Below, one piece after another: positions 1 to 8,726 of a stretch of DNA of 64,000 bases. Position numbers and translations under genes: made by a program. The stretch's first letter is position 1. Every line of letters begins with the position of its first letter. Below the pieces are notes generated by a model. The model saw only the letters and a program-made list of their open reading frames with translations. It was not told the DNA's origin and did not search any database. Source of the DNA: Caldithrix sp. (GTDB lineage: Bacteria; Zhuqueibacterota; Zhuqueibacteria; Oceanimicrobiales; Oceanimicrobiaceae); assembly GCA_004356825.1 (NCBI GenBank), contig SMXC01000249.1, forward strand, positions 21,885 to 85,884. The letters run 5' to 3'.

Positions 1-554
1 CAAGCTCTTCCAATTGCTGCTCAAATTGGCGAGACGAGTTATTATTTCTCTTTGTCACTTCAGGTTTTCTGACAGAGAACTCATTCTCTGTTTGCAATTC
101 TTTTCCCTTCATCATCATAAAAAAATGAAATTCATTATCCGTCATCTCACTGATCGGCTTATTTTTGAGTTCCTCGTATTGAGATTTTGAGTCTTTTCTT
201 GAAACCCGGCGATCGATTTTAGCCACTCTACGGTTTCGTCTACTTTTTAAAACCTGAGGTTGCTCTCCTTTGCGGATGGCATCATACTCTTTTACGGAAA
301 GAATCTCGCCATTCGGCATTCTAATTCCACGAACATGGTCCAGTTGAATCACCTCACCATAATCATAGGCTTTTTTGCGATCGATGGCTTCAAAAGCTAT
401 CGTGCTATTAGAAATTTCGGCTATTTGAGCTTTAATTTTTGTCCCGTCTTTAAGGAGAATAGTAACCCGATCTTCTTTTTTTATATTCGACGTAGTGGCA
501 CAACCGGCCAAGAGGATAATTAAAAAATGCAAATCTTAAGCTGAATCTTATCAT
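1..554 (-). CDS. Putative lipoprotein of unknown function, 5' partial by window edge. Gene runs off the window start. Probable 1-nt homopolymer indel near the start codon.
   Basis: Minus-strand reading frame is open from about 532 to the window edge (no stop, so it is absent from the ORF track). As sequenced, a TTG at 530-532 gives MHFLIILLAGCATTSN..., which contains a lipobox (LAGC) but has no SD. A strong SD (AGGAGG, 559-564) plus ATG (552-554) sits 22 nt upstream in another frame and gives MIRFSLRFAFF. Removing one T from the T6 run (plus A6 at 523-528) joins them into MIRFSLRFAFLIILLAGC, a textbook lipoprotein signal peptide. Confidence 0.35.
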
Positions 555-592
555 CGTTCCTCCTTCAAAAACTCTATTAACCTCTCAAAAGT

Positions 593-1903
593 TTACAAAC
601 GAAATGTCAGCGACACAAATGCTTTGTTGACTTTAATATCTTCATAATCGATTGTTGCGTCAGTTTCCGGCAGATCCTGATTAAAATTCTTCCAAAATCC
701 ATGCACGAGCGCCACATCTAGTCGAACCTGCTTGTCCACTAAAAAGCCGATACCGGCAGAATAAAACTGTTTATCTTCATCAGAAGACGCACCCTGAAAC
801 ATGGATGGGTCTCTGAAGTAACCGGCCCGGAAACTAAGTCCCGTCAAAGGCAGGGTAAATTCTCCTCCCAATCGAATTCGCGTCGTCGCCCGATAGTTAT
901 CCCGGATTGAAAGATTTGCTTCCGTTGGAGTTACACCCGCAAAAGGAGGTTCACTCTTGTATTTAATTTGTGTCCAATCATTATACTCGACGTCTCCGGA
1001 AAAAACGAAATTCGAAAGATTTAATGAAGCGCCGCCAGTAAACGTCCACGGGGACTTAATTCTATATTCAAAAAATCCTTCGTCAAAAAATTCTTCTGCT
1101 AAATCTAAATTATCATCTAGCAATTCCTCAGAGGTGAAAAAATGCTCTTTCACTTTAAATGTAATTGGCGTTGAGATCGTGGCTCCGAGTCGCAAAAGAG
1201 GAAGATCGATGAGACCACCGAACTTTACGTTGAAGCCTGAAATATTTGTCTTGAGACCGTCATCTCTGGTAAAATTTTCAAAGTCGGCATAAATATCTTC
1301 AATGTCCACTTCCCGAAAGGTGGTATGAAAATCGCTGCCGCCAGTCCAGAAATTAAGTCCGATTCCTACCGATGTGTTTGGTGAAACGGCCATTGCACCG
1401 GCGGCTGTCCATGTATTTAAACTGCCGGTTTCCAGCTCCTTCCAGGCCTGGTTCACTGAATCATCCGGGCTGAAATTGAAAGCACGAAAGTCGAAATTGG
1501 AGTCATAGGATTTGACTTGATTATATCCAAACGAAAACACCAAACTTCCCCGTTCCGTAGGGACTGGATAGGCCAGGCCGGCAGAATTAAACTTAGTGAA
1601 GTTTTCTTCATTTTCATTTATTGCAAGATCAAATGGAATATTACCAAATTCTACCGTATTTTGCCGCATCAGGTGACTGAGCGAGCCGTAAAATTCGACC
1701 CGTCTAATATCTGCAAGGGCGGCTGGATTCCAGAAAGAGGCAGAAAAATCGCCGCCAACTGATGTGTAAGCACCGCCCATCGCGATGGCTCTTGCCCCGG
1801 TACCAAGCTGCATGCCTAAAGAGAAGATTTCTTCTTGAGCCGGGCTGCTTCCTGATAAACAAATTACAACACCCAATGTAACCACTTTACTTACAATTTT
1901 CAT
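593..1903 (-). CDS. FadL/TodX-family outer-membrane beta-barrel transporter (hydrophobic compound or long-chain fatty-acid uptake).
   Basis: 436 aa. Signal peptide, then the FadL-type N-terminal motif GARAIAMGGAYTSVGGDFSASFWNPAALA. Alternating amphipathic strands throughout. C-terminal ...LTFRL with terminal aromatic and hydrophobic residues, typical of OM barrels. Confidence 0.6.
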   Translation of the reverse strand: MKIVSKVVTLGVVICLSGSSPAQEEIFSLGMQLGTGARAIAMGGAYTSVGGDFSASFWNPAALADIRRVEFYGSLSHLMRQNTVEFGNIPFDLAINENEENFTKFNSAGLAYPVPTERGSLVFSFGYNQVKSYDSNFDFRAFNFSPDDSVNQAWKELETGSLNTWTAAGAMAVSPNTSVGIGLNFWTGGSDFHTTFREVDIEDIYADFENFTRDDGLKTNISGFNVKFGGLIDLPLLRLGATISTPITFKVKEHFFTSEELLDDNLDLAEEFFDEGFFEYRIKSPWTFTGGASLNLSNFVFSGDVEYNDWTQIKYKSEPPFAGVTPTEANLSIRDNYRATTRIRLGGEFTLPLTGLSFRAGYFRDPSMFQGASSDEDKQFYSAGIGFLVDKQVRLDVALVHGFWKNFNQDLPETDATIDYEDIKVNKAFVSLTFRL

Positions 1904-1949
1904 ATTTATTCCTCATGGTTCGGCGCTCCATTGGTTAAATTAACCATAA

Positions 1950-3188
1950 CTAGCGTCTTTTGCCCCTGCGGGAAGATGATGATCGTCCCGAAGATTTTGA
2001 TGAACCGCTGCTTTTACTGCTACCGCCTCTATAACTTTTGCCGCTGCCACCAGAGCTGTTGCCTGACTTGGAGCCACTGGGTTTGTAGCTTCTTTTCGGA
2101 CTGCTCTGGGATTTTGATGACCGCTCGCTCGAGTTTCTGCGTTTTACACTTTTACTTGACGAGGATTTACCGGCTTTTGAAGAACTTTTTCTATATTTAG
2201 GCGAGCTTCTATTGCTCTTCGACCTTCTCGAAATCGAACTTCGTGACTTTTTGGTTTTGCTTCTCCGGCTCTTTACAGCCTCGTCTCCGTCACTGCTGCT
2301 GTTTTTTCTTTTTGATTTTAATTTGGAATCACTTCGGCCACTTGACTCCCGCCCATTATCAGAACTTTTGCTGACCCTCTCAATGCGTTTCCCTCGCCTT
2401 CCCTGATCACTCGAGTCGGATCTTCTTTTCCGTCTTTTTATACGGTCTTTGCTGGATGCACTTTCTTTCCGAACACTCTGACCGCTGGATGTTCCTGCTG
2501 AAACTCTTGAGACCGGCGTATAATTGTCATCTCGTGAGCGTTCGTACCCGAAATCGGAGCCTCTTCTGCCGCGCCGGGTAAAATCACGCCGTTTTGCTGG
2601 AACACTGCGGACCGATGCAACGCTTGTCCTGGGGTAGTAATTTCCGTAATAGCCGTACGAACCTGATCTCAGGCACCCACCGTCAAAGTAGAAACCGCTG
2701 GTATAACCGAAAGAATATCGAGAGCCATAGTATCCAAAATAAAATGGATCGTAAAAAGGGTCGTAAAAACGACGCTGGTAACCGATGAAAAATGGATCAC
2801 GGTATCCTACATGCAAGGAAACATGACTTGAATAGGGTGCATACGAATCGTAAAAGTAAGGATCATAAAAAGGATCGTAATACCAGGGGGAAGGATAACC
2901 GCCATAAACATAAGTGTCGTGATAATATCTGCGCGTTAAGTGAATTTCATCATAATCCTCGATATCGCCCTCTTCATAATCCTCATAATCATCGTCTTCA
3001 CCGTATTCTTCATCTTCATAATAATCTTCTGGCTCTTCCGCATAATCTTCTGACTCGTCCGCGTATGTGCGTTGATCTGCCCTACTTGAATCAGGCTTCG
3101 CAAGCTGGGTATAACACCCGGAGAAGAAAAGCAACAAAACGAACATCAAGCTGAACAAGATTAGATTGTTAGATGTGTGCAACTTCAT
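1950..3188 (-). CDS. Lipoprotein with extreme compositional bias: an acidic D/E/Y block, an aromatic YDPF-repeat block and a long basic Ser/Arg/Lys tail. Unknown function.
   Basis: 412 aa. N-terminus MKLHTSNNLILFSLMFVLLLFFSGC (signal plus lipobox Cys). Residues about 35-80 are DEDYEE-rich. Residues about 85-190 carry YYDPFYDPYFYDSY and FYDPFYDPFYFGYYG repeats. Residues about 200-412 are almost only S, R, K and G (for example RRSKSNRSSPKYRKSSSKAGKSSSSKS). The frame stays open across 1.2 kb of repetitive DNA, which argues it is a real gene. Confidence 0.6.
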   Translation of the reverse strand: MKLHTSNNLILFSLMFVLLLFFSGCYTQLAKPDSSRADQRTYADESEDYAEEPEDYYEDEEYGEDDDYEDYEEGDIEDYDEIHLTRRYYHDTYVYGGYPSPWYYDPFYDPYFYDSYAPYSSHVSLHVGYRDPFFIGYQRRFYDPFYDPFYFGYYGSRYSFGYTSGFYFDGGCLRSGSYGYYGNYYPRTSVASVRSVPAKRRDFTRRGRRGSDFGYERSRDDNYTPVSRVSAGTSSGQSVRKESASSKDRIKRRKRRSDSSDQGRRGKRIERVSKSSDNGRESSGRSDSKLKSKRKNSSSDGDEAVKSRRSKTKKSRSSISRRSKSNRSSPKYRKSSSKAGKSSSSKSVKRRNSSERSSKSQSSPKRSYKPSGSKSGNSSGGSGKSYRGGSSKSSGSSKSSGRSSSSRRGKRR

Positions 3189-3407
3189 TTTATTCTCCTC
3201 ACAATTAATCCTAATTTATTAGCGTTAATCTATGAATGATCAGGCAAATGGCATGCCACTCTATTAATTAGTTAAGAATCTTGTCAATGCGTGCAATAAA
3301 TCTAACAGTTTATGAGCCCAATTAGTTCAAAATTAATGAAATTGATCTGGCGGATAGTATTTATAACTGGAAAGGGAATTAACGGCAACTGACAACAAAG
3401 TTAACAG

Positions 3408-4034
3408 TCAGTTTTTAATATCGAATCGGTAAGGCTGGGTAATCCAGAATTGAACCGCACGATTTCCTTCTTTGGCAGGGCGAAAACGACTCCCGTATGC
3501 AGCGTCGACAGCTGCCTGGGCGCATTTTTCGCTGTTCGTGGTATTATCGAGCACGATCACTTCAACAACTTTCCCCTTATCGTCGATATGAATACTCAAT
3601 TTCACCACCCCCTGCACGCCTTTTTTCTTTTCTTCTTTCGGGTATTCCGGGAAAACCCAGGCAATGGGTTTTGGCGGGGTGATGTTTGTTCCGGTGATTC
3701 CTGGAACACCCGGTGAGTCGTCAAAAATATTAGTATATTTCAGTGTGGTTTCTTCAATCGTAACATCTTCCGGAATGGTTTCATCTTCTGACGGCACGGG
3801 TACAGTCGGCTTTTTGGGTGGAGGCTTCATTCTCGTCTGACGTGTGATTGGAATATTCTCAACATGGATGATAATGTTTGGCGGCACGACCTCTTCAACA
3901 CTGAGCTTTATACGAGGGGAGATAGCGACTAACAGGTTAAGAAATACGAGCGTAACAACTAATGCTTTCTTAATGTTAATTGAAAATTGAGCATGGAAGT
4001 CTGCTTTAATTTTTTGGAAATCAATTGAGGACAT
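3408..4034 (-). CDS. tonB: TonB-family energy transducer (C-terminal TonB domain protein).
   Basis: 208 aa. N-terminal TM helix (LVVTLVFLNLLVAISP). Pro/Lys-rich spacer (PPPKKPTVPVPSED). C-terminal TonB_C-like domain (VFPEYPKEEKKKGVQGVVKLSIHIDDKGKVVEV...AAVDAAYGSRFRPAKEGNRAV). Last gene of the Bat-like operon. Confidence 0.65.
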   Translation of the reverse strand: MSSIDFQKIKADFHAQFSINIKKALVVTLVFLNLLVAISPRIKLSVEEVVPPNIIIHVENIPITRQTRMKPPPKKPTVPVPSEDETIPEDVTIEETTLKYTNIFDDSPGVPGITGTNITPPKPIAWVFPEYPKEEKKKGVQGVVKLSIHIDDKGKVVEVIVLDNTTNSEKCAQAAVDAAYGSRFRPAKEGNRAVQFWITQPYRFDIKN

Positions 4035-4055
4035 TTATCCGGGCAAGTTGGCTAC

Positions 4056-4835
4056 TTAGATTGTTTCTAAAACATCTACTTCTAACCAACCGATTTTTCC
4101 GTCGGCGAGACGAATCTTAACCCAAGTTTCCGAGTGATCTTTTATTTGAACTTTCACACCTTCGTGGAGAGTAAAAACCTCTGTCAGGCCGCCCGGCGCA
4201 CTTTTAACATCGACCCTATCTTTGATGACGATAGCTTCGACTTTGGTCTCATTCTCAAAAATCCTCATTACAAAAAGTCCTGTAAAGACAGTTAAAGTGA
4301 CAGAGGCAGAAATTATTGCGACAAAAGCGGTTCTTTGCAATTGAGGTGATTTTAGATAAATCCGAAGAACGGTGAGGAAGATTAAAAGTAAATACGTTGA
4401 GAGGGTAATTCCGCCGAGTACTTTTAAGTTGATTGAATGCGCTATAGTTGATGCCAACTTAAAAAGAAAGAACTGCGGCAGCTCTTGTATTCGATCGACG
4501 ATGGCCAAATTAGCCAGCTCTAAATTATAATTAATATCCTCGTCTTTTAGATTAAGTTTCTTTGCCCGCTCGAAGTTTAGAATTGCTTTCGCGGTTTGTC
4601 CATCTTTAAAATAGGCATTGCCAAGATTATAATAGACTTCCCAACTTTCATAATCTGAATTTAGAATCTTCTCGAATTCCTTGATTGCAACTTTATAATT
4701 GCCCGCCTGGTAAGACTCGTTTCCCCTCACAAAAAAAACTTCCACTTCCTTTGCGAGAAGAGTATTTGCCAAGCAAAGAATTGACAAAGTCATGATCATA
4801 AAATAACTAAAATATTTATCGAATTTCATGTCCAT
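4056..4835 (-). CDS. batE: BatE-like membrane protein with TPR repeats, TM helices and a C-terminal SH3b-like domain.
   Basis: 259 aa. TPR-like N-terminus (YYNLGNAYFKDGQTAKAILNFERA). Two or three TM helices. C-terminus DRVDVKSAPGGLTEVFTLHEGVKVQIKDHSETWVKIRLADGKIGWLEVDVL resembles bacterial SH3. Start overlaps the stop of the BatD homolog. Position in the operon matches batE. Confidence 0.55.
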   Translation of the reverse strand: MDMKFDKYFSYFMIMTLSILCLANTLLAKEVEVFFVRGNESYQAGNYKVAIKEFEKILNSDYESWEVYYNLGNAYFKDGQTAKAILNFERAKKLNLKDEDINYNLELANLAIVDRIQELPQFFLFKLASTIAHSINLKVLGGITLSTYLLLIFLTVLRIYLKSPQLQRTAFVAIISASVTLTVFTGLFVMRIFENETKVEAIVIKDRVDVKSAPGGLTEVFTLHEGVKVQIKDHSETWVKIRLADGKIGWLEVDVLETI

Positions 4836-6745
4836 TAGATTTCTTTTTCTAAATTAATAATCGCTTTTTTTGCCTTTTCAAAAAAATCACTCATTGCCAG
4901 GTTGTTTGAATCGCCTGGCGCAAATCGTTTATAGTCGCACGTTTTTAAACAATCAAGATAGCTGGAAACAGTATTTTCTTCAATCTTCTGAACATGGAGC
5001 ATTTTATCGACTTCGTCGGTGATGAGACCGGCCGACGCCACATTCAATTTGTCGCCAATGAATCCCATTAACGCTTTTGAAACTTCTCCATAAAACCCAG
5101 ATAAATTATTTGCCTTCATTTGTTTATTTGCGTCTTTCAGCCGACTCAGGGCCATATGATTTGCTTTTCGGCTGCGGGCGTAAGCCACATTTGAGCTCAG
5201 TTTATCTAAATGCGCCCGATAAGAAAAAGCAGTTCCTAAAATAATGAGAGGAAATATCAGAATCACATAGAAAAATGTTTTCTTATAAAATACACTATTT
5301 TTTCTTTGAAATTCCGGAATTCTCGTTTGGAGATAATGAATATCCTGGCCAATAAATCTCACATCCTCTTTTGAACTGCCAATGCCAACATTAACAAATT
5401 GATCATCACCCTTAGTAACCGAAATCACTTTTGTATCGGTGGATATTGTTCGATATGTTTTTGAGGGCAAATCAAAATAGGAGAATGTAACGGGTTTGAT
5501 CGACTGCTGGCCCGGGAACCGCGGGATAATCACATATTCAAATAATTTAGAACCGGAGATTTGGCCGGAGCTCCTTTTAATACTTTCATTGATTTTCGGA
5601 TCATATACCTCGAAATCCGAAGCAAAATCGATTTTTGGCTGGGGCACTATTTTGATATTTCCTGTTCCCGAAATATTTACTTTAAGCGTAATTGCCTCAT
5701 TTGTCTTTACCCTGGTTTTGTCAACGGACGAGCGGATTGAAAAACTTCCAACAGCCCCGGAAAAGTCGCTGGGTTTACCTTTCTCGGGAAGCGGCAGCAC
5801 TTCAATTGAGATTGAGTTTGACTGAATGCCTACCCTTTTGGTATTCCGGGAAAACGGATCGTCAAAAAAACTGTCAAATATATCCCGGCTTCGTCGTCTT
5901 CGGCGGGGTAACTGTACCTCACATTCAATGACCATCGGTTCTAAAGTTTTCTGACCCGAGCCTTGGGGGAAAAGAGCCATTTTTTTAATTTCGTATACTT
6001 GATACTGACGGCCATTAACAAATTCAGTAAATGACGTCAGACGCTGCGGCATTTCAAATTCCTCCGACCAAAACCCAACCGTACTAGGCAATTGAGAAAC
6101 ACCATAATTGGTCACATTCACGGTCGTATAAATTTTATAGCTGATAATAACCGGTTCGTTCTTGTAAACACGCCGTTTATCAACAGAAGCTTTTAGAAAC
6201 AATTGCTCAGATAAATCCTGCGGATCGTTCGGGGAACCAGGAATGCGGGAACTTCGTTGCTGAGGTGAGGTCCCTTTGACAATCTCAATGTCAATAACGT
6301 CGGTTGAATAGGTCTCACCTTTGTATCTAACAGTAATAGCTGGAATTTGAAACTTACCCTCAGTAGAAGCTAAAAAATGATGTTTAAAAGTTTTGGAGAC
6401 TGACATCCGGCCGTTTACAAATTGCATACTTGTAGAATTGCTGGTGCCGATAAAAGAAGCAAAGCCATCTAAAACCGGTACCTCCGGGTCAGAGACTCTT
6501 TGAACGTCTCGACCGGACAATTCGACATTCAACTCAAACTGCTGATTGAGCCGGACTGAAGATTTATTTACATAAGCTTTTATCTCGAAATCCTGCGTGA
6601 AACTTGGAACTGCCGTCAAAAAAAGAATCCAAGCGAGGGAAGTTAAAACAGAAAATCTATTCTTTCTACTCATAAAATTAATCGGATTTGCTTGCAAGTC
6701 GATAATGGGCGAGGATTTCTTGACCATTCTAGTTTTATCTATCAC
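4835..6745 (-). CDS. batD: BatD-family protein: large periplasmic domain, single C-terminal TM helix, conserved cytoplasmic tail.
   Basis: 636 aa. Signal peptide (probable true start MSRKNRFSVLTSLAWILFLTAVPSF at about 6673). Long beta-rich ectodomain. TM helix (FFYVILIFPLIILGTAF). Cytoplasmic tail ends ...LDCLKTCDYKRFAPG. Architecture and operon position match BatD of Bacteroides and Leptospira bat operons. Confidence 0.6.
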   Translation of the reverse strand: MIDKTRMVKKSSPIIDLQANPINFMSRKNRFSVLTSLAWILFLTAVPSFTQDFEIKAYVNKSSVRLNQQFELNVELSGRDVQRVSDPEVPVLDGFASFIGTSNSTSMQFVNGRMSVSKTFKHHFLASTEGKFQIPAITVRYKGETYSTDVIDIEIVKGTSPQQRSSRIPGSPNDPQDLSEQLFLKASVDKRRVYKNEPVIISYKIYTTVNVTNYGVSQLPSTVGFWSEEFEMPQRLTSFTEFVNGRQYQVYEIKKMALFPQGSGQKTLEPMVIECEVQLPRRRRRSRDIFDSFFDDPFSRNTKRVGIQSNSISIEVLPLPEKGKPSDFSGAVGSFSIRSSVDKTRVKTNEAITLKVNISGTGNIKIVPQPKIDFASDFEVYDPKINESIKRSSGQISGSKLFEYVIIPRFPGQQSIKPVTFSYFDLPSKTYRTISTDTKVISVTKGDDQFVNVGIGSSKEDVRFIGQDIHYLQTRIPEFQRKNSVFYKKTFFYVILIFPLIILGTAFSYRAHLDKLSSNVAYARSRKANHMALSRLKDANKQMKANNLSGFYGEVSKALMGFIGDKLNVASAGLITDEVDKMLHVQKIEENTVSSYLDCLKTCDYKRFAPGDSNNLAMSDFFEKAKKAIINLEKEI

Positions 6746-6786
6746 ATTGCCAGAGAATCCTCCGGGAAATTTCTACTTTACATATT

Positions 6787-7542
6787 TTACCAATCTTTTC
6801 CTCTGAAAGGTCGACCCCGCCTCTTCGGTTTCTGCTCCTTTAATAAATCTTTTTCTTCATTTTGCAAGGCATTCAAAAGCCTTTCCGCATCTTCTTTGGA
6901 AATCTCTTTGGGTTCAGTGGCTTGCTCTTGCTGCTGTTCCTGTTGTTCCTCAGGGTTTCCCTGATTTTCCTGATTGTTTTGCTGCTGTTCTTGCTGTTCT
7001 TCTTTCTGCTCTTCAGAATTTTGTTCTTTATCCTGATTCTGCTCCTCTTGCTGCTGTTGCTCCTGTTGCTCCTGTTGCTGCTGTTGTTGATTTTCTTGAG
7101 GCTGCTTCTCTGATTTATCTTTGAGTTTTGCTCTCACATACTCCAAATTATATTTAGCATCTTCATCTTCAGGATTTAATTCAAGAGCTTTTTTGTAGGC
7201 TGAAATACTTTCTGGCAGCTTGCCCATTTTATAAAGTGTATTGCCAATGTTATAATAACTTCCCGATTGCACTTTAATTTCATCGGAGGAAGTCGACTTT
7301 TCATAAGATTTAATGGCCTCTTCAAAATGGCGTTTTTTGTATTGCACGTCCCCGATATTAAAATTTATGATTGCAGACTCAGGGTTTTCGACAAGTGCGT
7401 CGCGGTATTTATTATTGGCTTCGTCATACTTTTCTTCGGCGTAGAGCTTATTGCCCGCGGTCACCTGTTTGTGGCCGCCTTGGGCAAAAGCTGAAATCAC
7501 AAAAAATACATTCAGAATTAAAAAGAGAATCATCTTCCGCAT
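6787..7542 (-). CDS. batC: BatC-like TPR protein with a Gln/Glu-rich low-complexity region.
   Basis: 251 aa. Signal peptide. Three or more TPR-like repeats (YNIGNTLYKMGKLPESISAYKKALELNP). Then QQQQQEQQEQQQQEEQNQDKEQNSEEQKEEQQEQQQ and a basic C-terminal tail. Sits between the two vWA genes and batD. Confidence 0.55.
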   Translation of the reverse strand: MRKMILFLILNVFFVISAFAQGGHKQVTAGNKLYAEEKYDEANNKYRDALVENPESAIINFNIGDVQYKKRHFEEAIKSYEKSTSSDEIKVQSGSYYNIGNTLYKMGKLPESISAYKKALELNPEDEDAKYNLEYVRAKLKDKSEKQPQENQQQQQQEQQEQQQQEEQNQDKEQNSEEQKEEQQEQQQNNQENQGNPEEQQEQQQEQATEPKEISKEDAERLLNALQNEEKDLLKEQKPKRRGRPFRGKDW

Positions 7543-7556
7543 TTATTTCTCCTAAA

Positions 7557-8591
7557 CTATTGCTCAAATCTTCCGCGCCACTCTCGACCGGTTTTAACTC
7601 TCTCAGAAATAATAAGCTCCAAAACCAGCAGTAGCATTGCAAAACCTACAACATATTGAAATCTGTCCTCATATTGTGAAAACTTCATAGAGGCCAGCTC
7701 CTTTTTTTCCATCTTTGAAATTTCCTGATAAATCCTCTCCAGCTTTGTTTCACCGGTGATTGAATGATAGAATTTCCCTCCTGTGGCCAGGGCAATTTTC
7801 TGCAGCGTTAATTCATCCAGCTTGGTCACAATAGGCTCGTTTTTTTGATCCTTCCGAAAGCCTTTCTTAGCGCCCCTTTGATCATATAAAGGAATTAGCA
7901 CGCCCTTTGGAGAACCTATTCCGACCGTGAAAATAATTACGCCCTCTTTATCCGCCGCCCCGGCAATATCTTGAGTCTTACTGCCATGATCTTCACCATC
8001 AGTGATGAGAATCAAAACCTTATACTTTCGTTCTTTTGACTCAAAACTTTTCATCGCCAATGCAATAGCAGCGCTTAGGTTGGTCCCGGGATCCGGAATC
8101 AAAGTTGGATCCATAATTTCCAGAAAGGTCTTGGCAGCGCCATAGTCCAGGGTAAGTGGACATTGGATAAATGCTTTTCCAGCAAATGCAATAAGCCCGA
8201 TTCGGTCCCCTTCAAGCAAATCAATAAATGTGGCAATTTCATGTTTTGCTTTGGCAAGCCGGCTCGGTTGAATGTCTTCCGCAAGCATGGAGAAAGAAAC
8301 ATCTAACGCCACAAAAATATCGACGCCCTCCCTTTTGACCTCTTCCAAACGAGTGCCAATTTGGGGACGGGCGAGCGCAAGGGTCATAAATAAAACGGCA
8401 AAAATCAGCAGCGCTGCTTTACCAATTTGACGGCCGTGGCTTGTGGACTGGCTTAATTTATTCACTAAATCAAGATTGCCAAAACGAGCCAAAGCCCGCT
8501 TTTTCCATTTAAATACAAAATAGTAAAATCCGATAAATACCGGGATTAAAAGCAAAAATAAGAAATATTCGTTGTCGGCAAACCTAAGCAT
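7557..8591 (-). CDS. batB: von Willebrand factor A domain membrane protein (BatB-like).
   Basis: 344 aa. Two N-terminal TM helices, then a vWA domain with the MIDAS-like DxSxS motif (VALDVSFSM). Pairs with the upstream vWA paralog and the MoxR and DUF58 genes. Confidence 0.7.
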   Translation of the reverse strand: MLRFADNEYFLFLLLIPVFIGFYYFVFKWKKRALARFGNLDLVNKLSQSTSHGRQIGKAALLIFAVLFMTLALARPQIGTRLEEVKREGVDIFVALDVSFSMLAEDIQPSRLAKAKHEIATFIDLLEGDRIGLIAFAGKAFIQCPLTLDYGAAKTFLEIMDPTLIPDPGTNLSAAIALAMKSFESKERKYKVLILITDGEDHGSKTQDIAGAADKEGVIIFTVGIGSPKGVLIPLYDQRGAKKGFRKDQKNEPIVTKLDELTLQKIALATGGKFYHSITGETKLERIYQEISKMEKKELASMKFSQYEDRFQYVVGFAMLLLVLELIISERVKTGREWRGRFEQ

Positions 8592-8726
8592 TTTATTCTG
8601 AATTCTTGATTATTTCCTGAATTCCATCTCAGGCAAAACTTCAATCTTGTCATACCCCCGCAGTCGGGTATGACCCGTTTAGTCTATGAACTTAGTGAAT
8701 TTTGTGTCTTTGTGGGTAATCTGATT

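Noticed and set aside
2792-3154. Plus-strand ORF (120 aa, His/Arg/Lys/Asn-rich) and neighbouring plus ORFs 1931..2200, 2212..2406 and 2594..2788.
   Set aside because: All lie antisense to the repetitive 1950..3188 lipoprotein gene. Their compositional bias mirrors the sense strand. No RBS and no conservation signal.
3387-3416. Inverted repeat ACTGAC-12 nt-GTCAGT followed by TTTTT on the plus strand, overlapping the tonB stop codon.
   Set aside because: The T-tract is on the wrong side for the minus-strand tonB transcript, and there is no plus-strand gene upstream. Probably not a functional terminator for tonB.
6862-7113. Plus-strand ORF encoding a poly-Leu/Phe 83 aa peptide.
   Set aside because: It is the antisense reading of the CAG/CAA/GAA repeat tract inside batC. 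A low-complexity shadow ORF with no start context.
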